Under the pieces are notes generated by a model that saw only the letters and a list, made by a program, of their open reading frames with translations, did not search any database and was not told the origin of the DNA. DNA of 64,000 nucleotides from Candidatus Hydrothermarchaeales archaeon. Its GTDB lineage: Archaea > Hydrothermarchaeota > Hydrothermarchaeia > Hydrothermarchaeales > JAZGAD01. Of the stretch, positions 27,019 to 34,826 are shown piece by piece. Numbering within the stretch: position 1 is the stretch's first letter; each line of letters starts with the position of its first letter. The translations under genes and the position numbers were made by a program. The stretch spans positions 1 to 64,000 of the forward strand of contig JAZGAD010000053.1 of assembly GCA_036444275.1 (NCBI GenBank). Direction: 5' to 3'.

Positions 27019-27710
27019 CTGATTATGATCATAGAGAAGTAGTCTATCTCCTTCCCACTCATCTCATCCAGCGTGGCTGAATAATAGCCCTTGCTACCAC
27101 ATCTACTTAGGTAGATAGCCTTCTCTTTAAGGCCATGCTCCTCTAGTGTATGAAGTATCCTGTTAAAATTCCTGGAGACCTTCATTAGGACTATTGTATC
27201 AAGCACCTTAGAAAGTTCTCCCAGATTCTCAAGGCCGTAGCTGGCTGGCAGCACTGCTATCCTTTCATCCCCTTCGCCGAGAGGCATTTTCAGTTCTACT
27301 GCGCAGGCAGAGAGTGAAGTCACACCCGGCACTGCCTCTACCTCCACCTTTGGATGCCTTTCCTTCATTTTCCGCATGACATAGATGAAGGTGCTGTAGA
27401 AGAGGGGATCACCTATCGTAGGGAACGCTACATCCCTATCCTTCTCGAGTTCGGCGTATATTTCGTCTACAGTATTCTCCCAAGCTTCCTCCAATACTCC
27501 GGCATCTTTGGTCATAGGGAATTCAAGCTCTTTTATCTCAGCTTTCCCCTCCAATAGACCCCTCACAACAGATAGAGCTAGACTCTCCTTTTTCCCCTTG
27601 GATTTCGGTGCGAAGATTATGTTAACTGAGTTCAGTACCTTTAATGCCTTAGGGGTCACCAATTCTGGATCACCAGGGCCTACGCCCACGCCGTAGAGCT
27701 TGCCAGTCAT
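27006..27710 (-). CDS. cbiL: Cobalt-precorrin-2 C20-methyltransferase
   Basis: GVGPGDPEL, FPM, GDPLFYSTF, YFS. Confidence 0.92.
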   Translation of the reverse strand: MTGKLYGVGVGPGDPELVTPKALKVLNSVNIIFAPKSKGKKESLALSVVRGLLEGKAEIKELEFPMTKDAGVLEEAWENTVDEIYAELEKDRDVAFPTIGDPLFYSTFIYVMRKMKERHPKVEVEAVPGVTSLSACAVELKMPLGEGDERIAVLPASYGLENLGELSKVLDTIVLMKVSRNFNRILHTLEEHGLKEKAIYLSRCGSKGYYSATLDEMSGKEIDYFSMIIIRCTK

Positions 27711-27711
27711 C

Positions 27712-28281
27712 TCACCGCCTCACATCGATTACGAATACAGGATTATGAGCCTTCATGATCATCTTATCACCGACCGTCTCACTCCTGCTTATAGATACCT
27801 GGGTGACGTTGAAATCTAGGTCAAGTGCCTGCAGCGTCGATAACGCCTTGCCGAGGGAATCTAAAGTCACGATGTTCACAACTATAATTCCCCCACGCTT
27901 CAGCCTCTCGATGCTCTTCCTTAAGATGCCTCCAATTTTACCACCGCTTCCACCTATGATTATCCTATCAGCTAGGGGGAGTTCAGCTAGTACGTCGGGG
28001 GCTTCTCTATTTATGATATCTACGTTTTTCACACCGAATATCTTCAGGTTCTTCTCTATTATTGGTATTCTGTCTGCATTTCTCTCAACGGCAAAGACTC
28101 TGCCACCTCTAGCTAGAAGGGCTGCCTCGACAGTAAGAGAACCGCATCCAGCGCCGATGTCGTAGATAATATCGAAGTCCCCTATCCTCGCCTTTGACAG
28201 GGTGACTGCCCTTACCTCCTGCTTAGTCATCGGAGCTCCTCCAATGAATTCCTCATCAGGTATGCCTAGGCTATGCTCCAT
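27712..28281 (-). CDS. cbiT: Cobalt-precorrin-6B C15-methyltransferase (decarboxylating)
   Basis: GIPDEEF, PMTKQEVR, DIGAGCGS; likely start ATG 28281. Confidence 0.9.
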   Translation of the reverse strand: MEHSLGIPDEEFIGGAPMTKQEVRAVTLSKARIGDFDIIYDIGAGCGSLTVEAALLARGGRVFAVERNADRIPIIEKNLKIFGVKNVDIINREAPDVLAELPLADRIIIGGSGGKIGGILRKSIERLKRGGIIVVNIVTLDSLGKALSTLQALDLDFNVTQVSISRSETVGDKMIMKAHNPVFVIDVRR

Positions 28282-28888
28282 CAAAGACCACCATGATACA
28301 GTTACCAGAGAAACTTTTTTTCGAGATATCCTCAAGGTTAGAATTAATAATCCTCTCCTCACTTCCAGAGAGGTCCTCGCAGACCGCTGCACTCCTGTTC
28401 CCTACGCCCGAACTTAAAAGGAGGCTCGCTATCCTGTCAGGCGTATATGTACTATCAGTCAAGATAACGGATTTACCTTCTATTATCCTCTCCGGCAGGC
28501 CCTTTGGGTCTCGCCCGTGAAGGCTTATGAAGCGTGCATCTTTCCATGATTCCTTTAGCTTGGCAAAGCAGAGTTGCATAGAACTTATACCCGGGATTAT
28601 CTCTACATCCTTTTCCTGGAAATTCTCTAGTACTACGTCTAGAATACTGTAGAAACCAGGATCGCCAGAGGTGAGGACTGCGACATCCTTATCTCCATTC
28701 TCTCTTATGAATTCAAGGACAGCATTTAGATCTCTGTCTATCACCATTTGCTTGGATTTAGATTGAAATAGGGACAACGCTTTCTTTCCACCAACCAATA
28801 CCTCGGCTTTATCGACTGCCGCTTCGGCTGCAGGGGTAAGAAAGTCCCTTGAGCCTGGTCCTATGCCTATGACAAATATCTTTCCCAT
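28271..28888 (-). CDS. cbiE: Cobalt-precorrin-7 C5-methyltransferase
   Basis: GIGPG, SGDPGFY, PGISSMQ, SLHGR. Confidence 0.9.
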   Translation of the reverse strand: MGKIFVIGIGPGSRDFLTPAAEAAVDKAEVLVGGKKALSLFQSKSKQMVIDRDLNAVLEFIRENGDKDVAVLTSGDPGFYSILDVVLENFQEKDVEIIPGISSMQLCFAKLKESWKDARFISLHGRDPKGLPERIIEGKSVILTDSTYTPDRIASLLLSSGVGNRSAAVCEDLSGSEERIINSNLEDISKKSFSGNCIMVVFDGA

Positions 28889-29976
28889 CGTGTCGCCCCA
28901 GTGAAATGCCTCCCAACTACTTCGCCCTTCAGGGATATCAAAGCCGTGCTTATGTCAATGCGATTATCTACGTACGTCATTGCTCTACTACTCACCTTCT
29001 CAGCTATAGAGTCAAATACCTCTGCGAGGTGATTCTCCTTCAAAATCTCTAGTGCTTCTTCAGTGGTGTTAGCACCGAGGACGTCTTTTATAATTTCTTC
29101 ACATGCTCCCATACGTGCTACGTGGGAAGCAATGGTCTTGAAGCCTCTTTCAGAAGCTTTACTATGCGTATAAAAGGCGCCTCCAGCCACCTTAGTCAGC
29201 TTGCCTAGGCCGCCTAGTATGAGTGCCCTTTTCACCTCTCTTGCTACGCATGCCTGGAGCATGAAGCCAATGAAGTTGCTGACTTGCACTATAGCGTCTT
29301 CTGGTATCCCTCTGCTCAAGGCGCTCTTCTCTCCTATCCTGCCCGGCGTTAGAACTATTTCATCGTAGCCCAATGCAAGGGCAACGTCTATCTGCGGCAG
29401 GAGGGAATCCCTTAATGCTTCTTCAGATCTAGGCTCAACTATGCCGGTAGTGCCCAGTATGGAGATGCCTTCCATGATCCCAAGGCGCTGGTTCATAGTC
29501 CTCTTCGCCAGTTCTCTTCCATTCGGGACAGAAATAGTGACCTCTATGCCTTCTCTTGGTAGAACCTTTGAGACCTCCCGCAGTATCATCTCCCTGGGTA
29601 CAGGGTTTATCGCGGGCTCGCCTACTTCTACTTGCAGCCCCCGTTTTGTTACCATGCCAATACCCTCGCCGCCTTTAAGCTCTATTCCGCTTTTTTTCAT
29701 TTTCACGGAGGCCCATATCTCTGCCTTATTTGTGACATCCGGATCGTCTCCTGCGTCTTTCACAACACAGCACTCCGCCTTAGCGTTACTGAGTCTCACT
29801 TTATTTATTTTCAATACAGCTGTCCCGCCAGCTGGCAGCTCGACCTCTACTTCATGCACTCTTTCTCCAGTGAAGAGCATGCTCGCAGCTGCCTTGGCTG
29901 ATGCTGCAGCGCAGGTGCCTGTGGTATAGCCGCGCTTCAGGGTCTTTCCATTTCTCTGTATATACTGCTCAATCAT
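28867..29976 (-). CDS. cbiD: Cobalt-precorrin-5B C1-methyltransferase
   Basis: GYTTGTCAAA, KDAGDDPDVT, AINPVP, GISILGTTGIV. Confidence 0.95.
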   Translation of the reverse strand: MIEQYIQRNGKTLKRGYTTGTCAAASAKAAASMLFTGERVHEVEVELPAGGTAVLKINKVRLSNAKAECCVVKDAGDDPDVTNKAEIWASVKMKKSGIELKGGEGIGMVTKRGLQVEVGEPAINPVPREMILREVSKVLPREGIEVTISVPNGRELAKRTMNQRLGIMEGISILGTTGIVEPRSEEALRDSLLPQIDVALALGYDEIVLTPGRIGEKSALSRGIPEDAIVQVSNFIGFMLQACVAREVKRALILGGLGKLTKVAGGAFYTHSKASERGFKTIASHVARMGACEEIIKDVLGANTTEEALEILKENHLAEVFDSIAEKVSSRAMTYVDNRIDISTALISLKGEVVGRHFTGATRWERYLS

Positions 29977-30593
29977 TATTCCTTTTTCTTCCCAGCAAGG
30001 TCCAGCAGGGCATTAAATATTGCAACTGCGACAGTGCTCCCGCCTCTATCACCCTTTACCACTATACTCGGGGTGCTGTATTCCAAAATCTGCTCTTTTG
30101 ACTCTCTCGCGCCAACGAATCCCACTGGAGCTGCAATGACAAAGGCAGGCAAGTTTCCTTCTTCAATCAATCTGCATAATTCAAAGAGCGCTGTAGGAGC
30201 ATTCCCAACTACTACGATATTATCCTGAAGTTCATTCTTGAAGAGATGAAAGGCAGAGCCTGCCCGTGTCTTACCAGTATCCTCTGCAAGGGCATAGACG
30301 TCGTTGCGGTCGATGAAACATTTTACTACACTACCATAGCTTTCTAGGGCTCGTGAGTTGATGCCTACTTTAACCATGTTCACATCGGTTATGACATTCT
30401 TCCCAGATCGTATCGCCTCTATTCCCTTTTCAACTGCATTTTTACTAAATACCACGAGATCAGCGAAGTCAAAGTCTGCAGTGGCATGTACCACCCTCTT
30501 GACGATCTCCCTCTCTGGAAATGGAGTACTACTTAACCTAGATTCGATTATCCTAAAACTCTCTCTTGCTATCTTCTCTGCCTCTGGAGTCAT
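29976..30593 (-). CDS. cbiC: Cobalt-precorrin-8 methylmutase
   Basis: RVVHATAD, GNAPTAL, PVGFVGARESK, GGS. Confidence 0.93.
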   Translation of the reverse strand: MTPEAEKIARESFRIIESRLSSTPFPEREIVKRVVHATADFDFADLVVFSKNAVEKGIEAIRSGKNVITDVNMVKVGINSRALESYGSVVKCFIDRNDVYALAEDTGKTRAGSAFHLFKNELQDNIVVVGNAPTALFELCRLIEEGNLPAFVIAAPVGFVGARESKEQILEYSTPSIVVKGDRGGSTVAVAIFNALLDLAGKKKE

Positions 30594-30988
30594 TTCAATG
30601 CCTCCTTTGCCCTGTCCACCACTACGTCAGCGAGGCGCTCATCTGCACCAATGTGTCGAGCATACAGTATTTCCACATCCTCTGGGATCTTTATCTTGCC
30701 ATAGCCAAACCCTGGAGACTCGCCCTCCTTCAAACCTAAGAGAATAGGTAAGTCCTCTGTAACATGCAGGCCAGGAAGCAGGAATAAGGGTACGATAATA
30801 ATCTTCTTGACACCTTCTTCCAATAAGGAATTTATTGTATCCTCCAGTGTGGGCTTCCAATGCTTCATATACCCGATGCGGATTTCTAACCCAGATTTTT
30901 CCCTAGCCTTCTTTGCTATCTCCTCGTAGATGCCCCGGCTCTCAGGAACCTTGCTGCCATGACCCACTATTATAACACACGTCTTCAC
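30590..30988 (-). CDS. cbiX: Sirohydrochlorin cobaltochelatase, small archaeal form
   Basis: GHGS and PLFL.PGLHVTEDLP; 132 aa. Confidence 0.85.
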   Translation of the reverse strand: MKTCVIIVGHGSKVPESRGIYEEIAKKAREKSGLEIRIGYMKHWKPTLEDTINSLLEEGVKKIIIVPLFLLPGLHVTEDLPILLGLKEGESPGFGYGKIKIPEDVEILYARHIGADERLADVVVDRAKEALK

Positions 30989-31022
30989 TGCGATTCAACC
31001 TTTGTTATACGTCAACGTCACA

Positions 31023-32384
31023 TCACACAGACAATGATAGACACTCTATACAGCGGTTGTTTTTCCGATTATTCTCGTCGATTTTTTTGACAGCATGCTC
31101 TGCCATCTTCCCGCTTGCAAGGATTGCCACGTCGATACCTCGGAGCGCAGCTGAGATGCTGGCATTCACTACATCTACATCATAGTTGCACTCTAGGTCA
31201 AGTTTTCTAACCACCGCCTTTGCAGATGTGCCCATTGCCGCTATCCTCCCTGGATTCATCTCTTTTATCTTGTCTCTGAGTTCATCTAACACAACCGCTC
31301 TTGAGCCGCCTTCTGCTGTACTCGGTATTTTAACCACATATATCCTGCCGGGTTGCGTTCTTATCTTCCCACCCAACGCAATTAATGCGATATCATCCCC
31401 TACCTTAGCGGAATACAACACCCTACCGAATGTGTCTGCATCTGCATCTTGCACCGCGTAGATTACTCCATCTCTTAATACAAGCCCAGCTTTATCACCG
31501 GATTTGAAATCAGTACTTGCTATAGCGTACCTGACGATTACATCGCTTTCTACCCCATCCACCAGATCCAAGACTGTTAGAGGGGTGTCTATCTTCTTCT
31601 CCTTCTTTGATACAATTCCACGTGCTTCGAAATCCCTGAAAGCCTGTACAGTAATAGGGGCATTTAGCTTAGCCTTTCGCAGGAGTTTCTCATCCTTGAA
31701 TATTTCTTCAGGCATGCCAGATGCCAATACTCTGCCCTCGTCTAGCACTACGACATTTTCTGCCCAACTTCCAACTGCATTAATAGAGTGAGTGGACAGT
31801 ATCACTGTGGTACCGTATTCTTTGTTAAGTTCGCTGAGGACACCTACGAGCTCTTCAGAGCCACTGGGATCCAGATTCGATAGAGGCTCGTCTAGCACTA
31901 GGATCTCAGAGCCCATAGCCAGTGCTCCTGCTATAGCTGCCCTATGCTTCTGGCCGGCGCTTAGGTTATGTGGTGGTCTATCTCGCAAGTGGTATATGCC
32001 CATCATTTTAAGAGAATCTGCAACCCTTGCTTCTACCTCACCTTCAGGCAGGCCTATGTTCCTAGGTCCAAAGGCAACGTCTTGATACACAGTAGGTGCA
32101 AAGAGCTGGTCATCTGGATTCTGAAAAACCATGCCTATCTCCCGCCTTATTTCATTCACGTTGGTCTTAGTGAGTTCTCGCCCATTAACAAATACATTAC
32201 CTGTAGTCGGAGTGTAGATGCCGTTAAGGCAGTAAAAAAGTGTTGTCTTACCGGCGCCGTTCGAGCCGAGGATGGCAGTGCGCTCACCCTTCTGAATCGC
32301 TAGCTCCAGTCCCTTAAGGGCTTGGGTCCCATCAGGATATGTATAGTGCAGGTCTAGTGTCTTGAGTGCTTCCATATTTACCAC
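31023..32384 (-). CDS. cbiO: Cobalt ECF ATPase with long C-terminal extra domain
   Basis: GSNGAGKT, FQNPDDQLF, LDEP, STH; extra region after about residue 265. Confidence 0.88.
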   Translation of the reverse strand: MVNMEALKTLDLHYTYPDGTQALKGLELAIQKGERTAILGSNGAGKTTLFYCLNGIYTPTTGNVFVNGRELTKTNVNEIRREIGMVFQNPDDQLFAPTVYQDVAFGPRNIGLPEGEVEARVADSLKMMGIYHLRDRPPHNLSAGQKHRAAIAGALAMGSEILVLDEPLSNLDPSGSEELVGVLSELNKEYGTTVILSTHSINAVGSWAENVVVLDEGRVLASGMPEEIFKDEKLLRKAKLNAPITVQAFRDFEARGIVSKKEKKIDTPLTVLDLVDGVESDVIVRYAIASTDFKSGDKAGLVLRDGVIYAVQDADADTFGRVLYSAKVGDDIALIALGGKIRTQPGRIYVVKIPSTAEGGSRAVVLDELRDKIKEMNPGRIAAMGTSAKAVVRKLDLECNYDVDVVNASISAALRGIDVAILASGKMAEHAVKKIDENNRKNNRCIECLSLSV

Positions 32385-33127
32385 TTATCAATAACTAACA
32401 GCACCGCGAAAAGCATTACAGAGACAGATCCTAGGGCGATGTCCTTAAAAGGAATTCTCTTGGCAGGCACATATATCCTGGAGCCCGGATGATAGCCTCT
32501 TGCGAGCATCGCAGTATATGAGCATCGTGCCTTTTCAATGGACCTAATCATAAGCATGCCGCTTAGGGTCGAGAAGTTTTCAATGCGCTTTCTAATGGAG
32601 AGGGTCTTGGAAAAAGCATTTCGTGCACTCATTGCATTGTGCAACTTTACGCTCTCGTCAGCGAAGAGGAATATGTACCTGAGCATAAGTGCTGTAAGGT
32701 CTATGAGCGTCCTCGGCAGCCTCAACCAGGAGAGAGCGTCCAGAAGAGAAGTCATCGGCGTAACTAAAGTTAGCAAGTTTAATAGGGAGGTCGCTGCTAG
32801 TACTCGGGTAAATATCAGCACGCCGAAAGAGACTCCTTCTAAGCCTTGCGCAAATATCACTCCACCCACTGCAAAGCCAGCGAATAATCCCGGAAACAGC
32901 ATCCTAGAGAGGTATCTCCAAGCTGGTATACCTGAAAAAAGCGCAAATAGGAAACATACCGCTGCTATAGACAGAGCGAAAATCCATCTTTCTAGAAAAA
33001 CCACTGTGAATATACCCAGACCGGCTACAACGAGCTTTATCCTTGCATCGATACCACATAGTCGTGCGTCATAGGAAGATTTGTCTACCTGTATGAGTTC
33101 TCTAACGCATTCTAGAGCATCAACCAT
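32378..33127 (-). CDS. cbiQ: ECF T component
   Basis: DARIK, LMLRYIF, AMSARN, AMLARGY. Confidence 0.88.
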   Translation of the reverse strand: MVDALECVRELIQVDKSSYDARLCGIDARIKLVVAGLGIFTVVFLERWIFALSIAAVCFLFALFSGIPAWRYLSRMLFPGLFAGFAVGGVIFAQGLEGVSFGVLIFTRVLAATSLLNLLTLVTPMTSLLDALSWLRLPRTLIDLTALMLRYIFLFADESVKLHNAMSARNAFSKTLSIRKRIENFSTLSGMLMIRSIEKARCSYTAMLARGYHPGSRIYVPAKRIPFKDIALGSVSVMLFAVLLVIDKW

Positions 33128-33233
33128 ACGCTCTCCTCCTTAGCAACACCTCCCTGCCGAACAGGAAACCGAGAAAAAACCCTGTTGTTGTCGCCAAGCC
33201 GTTGAGCACGTCTATGAGAAGCCATTCAAACAC
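33120..33233 (-). CDS. 37-aa single-TM protein not in the ORF track
   Basis: AGGAGG 7 nt before GTG; MFEWLLIDVLNGLATTTGFFLGFLFGREVLLRRRAYG*; overlaps the cbiN stop and the cbiQ start. Confidence 0.65.
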   Translation of the reverse strand: MFEWLLIDVLNGLATTTGFFLGFLFGREVLLRRRAYG

Positions 33234-33507
33234 TATGTAACCTCCTTATTTCTACTATAGATGTCCAGTAGTACCCGAATAATGCACCGGCAAGCAAACC
33301 TGCTAGGGCGAAGGCAATATTCTCTCCAGTGTTGTTTAGACCAATAGGGGTGCTCGGCTCACGGCCAGCAATTTCTGCTGCCATGTCTTCTACAGCGGCA
33401 TCTGTACCGCCAAGGTCTCCCTTTGCAGAACCCGCATATGCTCCTCCAATGATTAATGCGATCGTAAACAGCCACAGGATTGCGATATTCTTAATTATCT
33501 TGTCCAA
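33226..33507 (-). CDS. cbiN: CbiN-like small ECF component
   Basis: TM-GGTD-loop-TM ending ..GYYW; follows cbiM. Confidence 0.75.
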   Translation of the reverse strand: MDKIIKNIAILWLFTIALIIGGAYAGSAKGDLGGTDAAVEDMAAEIAGREPSTPIGLNNTGENIAFALAGLLAGALFGYYWTSIVEIRRLHSV

Positions 33508-34159
33508 CTATCTCACCCTTCTCTAATACGAATATATCGTGCCTCGTCGAGAGGTAGCTTATAGTCCAAGCAGTAAATCCAAATTCTACAGCCGCTAGCA
33601 CTATCTGTGTCGGGGCAAAACCCAGCATGAATATCCCCCAAAGGGTAACAACAGATCCCTCGCCGGCTAAGCTTAGAGCGAGTTCTGCAGAGGTCATAGT
33701 ATAAGTCGCAATATCCCCAATGAAACCAGCAGCTCCAGCAGCGATTGGCAGAGAAAAATTCAGCCTCCTAAGCACTTTGTATACAAGCAATCCTGAAAAC
33801 GCGCCGACAATGCCCATAGAAACAAGGTTCGCACCGAGCGTTGTTAAGCCGCCGTGAGCAAGAAACATGTGGAAAAATAATGCTATAGCACTTACTACGA
33901 CTGTTGGAAATGCGCCTACCAATATCGCCGCCATCGGTGTGCCGATAGGATGCGATGAAGATCCAGTTACAGGCACCGGAAAGTGCCATATAGAGATCAC
34001 GAAAACTGCTGCGCCCATAACAGCAAGCATAGGCATGTAGGCAGGATTCTTTTTCATCCTTCGTTGAATATCCCACAGGCCAACTGCCATGAATATCAGA
34101 GCAACTAGATACCATACAACTATCCACTTAAATGACAGGATGCCATCTGATATGTGCAT
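33491..34159 (-). CDS. cbiM: Cobalt ECF S component
   Basis: MHISDGIL N-terminus, GSSSHP, AHGGLTTLGAN. Confidence 0.93.
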   Translation of the reverse strand: MHISDGILSFKWIVVWYLVALIFMAVGLWDIQRRMKKNPAYMPMLAVMGAAVFVISIWHFPVPVTGSSSHPIGTPMAAILVGAFPTVVVSAIALFFHMFLAHGGLTTLGANLVSMGIVGAFSGLLVYKVLRRLNFSLPIAAGAAGFIGDIATYTMTSAELALSLAGEGSVVTLWGIFMLGFAPTQIVLAAVEFGFTAWTISYLSTRHDIFVLEKGEIVGQDN

Positions 34160-34211
34160 AGTCCTAAATCCTAGGAGGGCCTTATATACTGCATGTTTCT
34201 TGTAAGAATTG

Positions 34212-34227
34212 TTAGCCTTCTGGGTAA
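34212..34227. promoter_or_regulatory. Putative cob-regulon operator TTAGC-N6-GGTAA
   Basis: Begins 53 bp upstream of the cbiM ATG, beyond the TATA (minus-strand TATATAA near 34182-34188). Confidence 0.7.
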
Positions 34228-34268
34228 GATACGTTTCTAAAGTAAGTTTTATATTTAAGTAATATCTA

Positions 34269-34284
34269 TTAGCTAATTAGGTAA
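34269..34284. promoter_or_regulatory. Putative autoregulatory operator TTAGC-TAATTA-GGTAA
   Basis: 14/16 palindrome between the TATA (about 34247-34258) and the regulator ATG at 34298. Confidence 0.7.
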
Positions 34285-34297
34285 CAATGGTGGTGTT

Positions 34298-34804
34298 ATG
34301 TTCAAGACACTGAGCAGTAAAACTCGAAGAGAGATATTGAAGATTTTGGCAAAGCGAGAAATGCATATCTCAGGCTTGGCAAGGGAGCTGGGCATCTCTG
34401 TTCCGGTTGCTGCAAAGCACTGCAAGTTACTGGAGGAGAAAGAACTGGTCGAGAGGAAGAAGTTCGGGCGTACGCACGTGCTAAAGCTGCGGAGGGATAA
34501 GTTCAATATGGACTCGCTATACGACACCCTGGATATCTTCAGCGATACCTATAAGGTGACCCTCCCGAAGGGCGCCAATGTTATCGATGCTTTGAAGGAG
34601 GTGGCAGGTGTGACTGTCCAACGCGTAGGCGACAAGGAATTTGTTACTTCTGTTGACGGGGAAGAAGGATACTATATCTACGAGATCGACGGCAAGATAC
34701 CGAACGTCTCTATGGACAGGTTCGTGCTGAAGAAAAATTCTAACGTGAAATTAAAGAAATTGGTTCCGATGAAAAAGAAGGAGATAAAGATAAGGATAAA
34801 GTGA
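34298..34804 (+). CDS. ArsR-type wHTH regulator fused to a transcobalamin-like (DUF4430-type) beta-grasp domain
   Basis: FKTLSSKTRREIL...LARELGIS...H..LLE HTH; KGANVIDALKE...FVTSVDG..YYIYEIDGKIPNVSMDRFVL..N C-terminal domain. Confidence 0.8.
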   Translation: MFKTLSSKTRREILKILAKREMHISGLARELGISVPVAAKHCKLLEEKELVERKKFGRTHVLKLRRDKFNMDSLYDTLDIFSDTYKVTLPKGANVIDALKEVAGVTVQRVGDKEFVTSVDGEEGYYIYEIDGKIPNVSMDRFVLKKNSNVKLKKLVPMKKKEIKIRIK

Positions 34805-34826
34805 AGTAAAAGACAACGTGGGCAGG

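Noticed and set aside
23647-34284. cob operators as DtxR sites
   Set aside because: The DtxR-type box at feoB is TTAGG-N4-CCTAA; the cob sites have different half-sites and a 6-bp spacer
34160-34297. Cobalamin riboswitch upstream of cbiM or cobD
   Set aside because: TATA boxes lie about 25 bp from the start codons, leaving no room, and no B12-box sequence is visible
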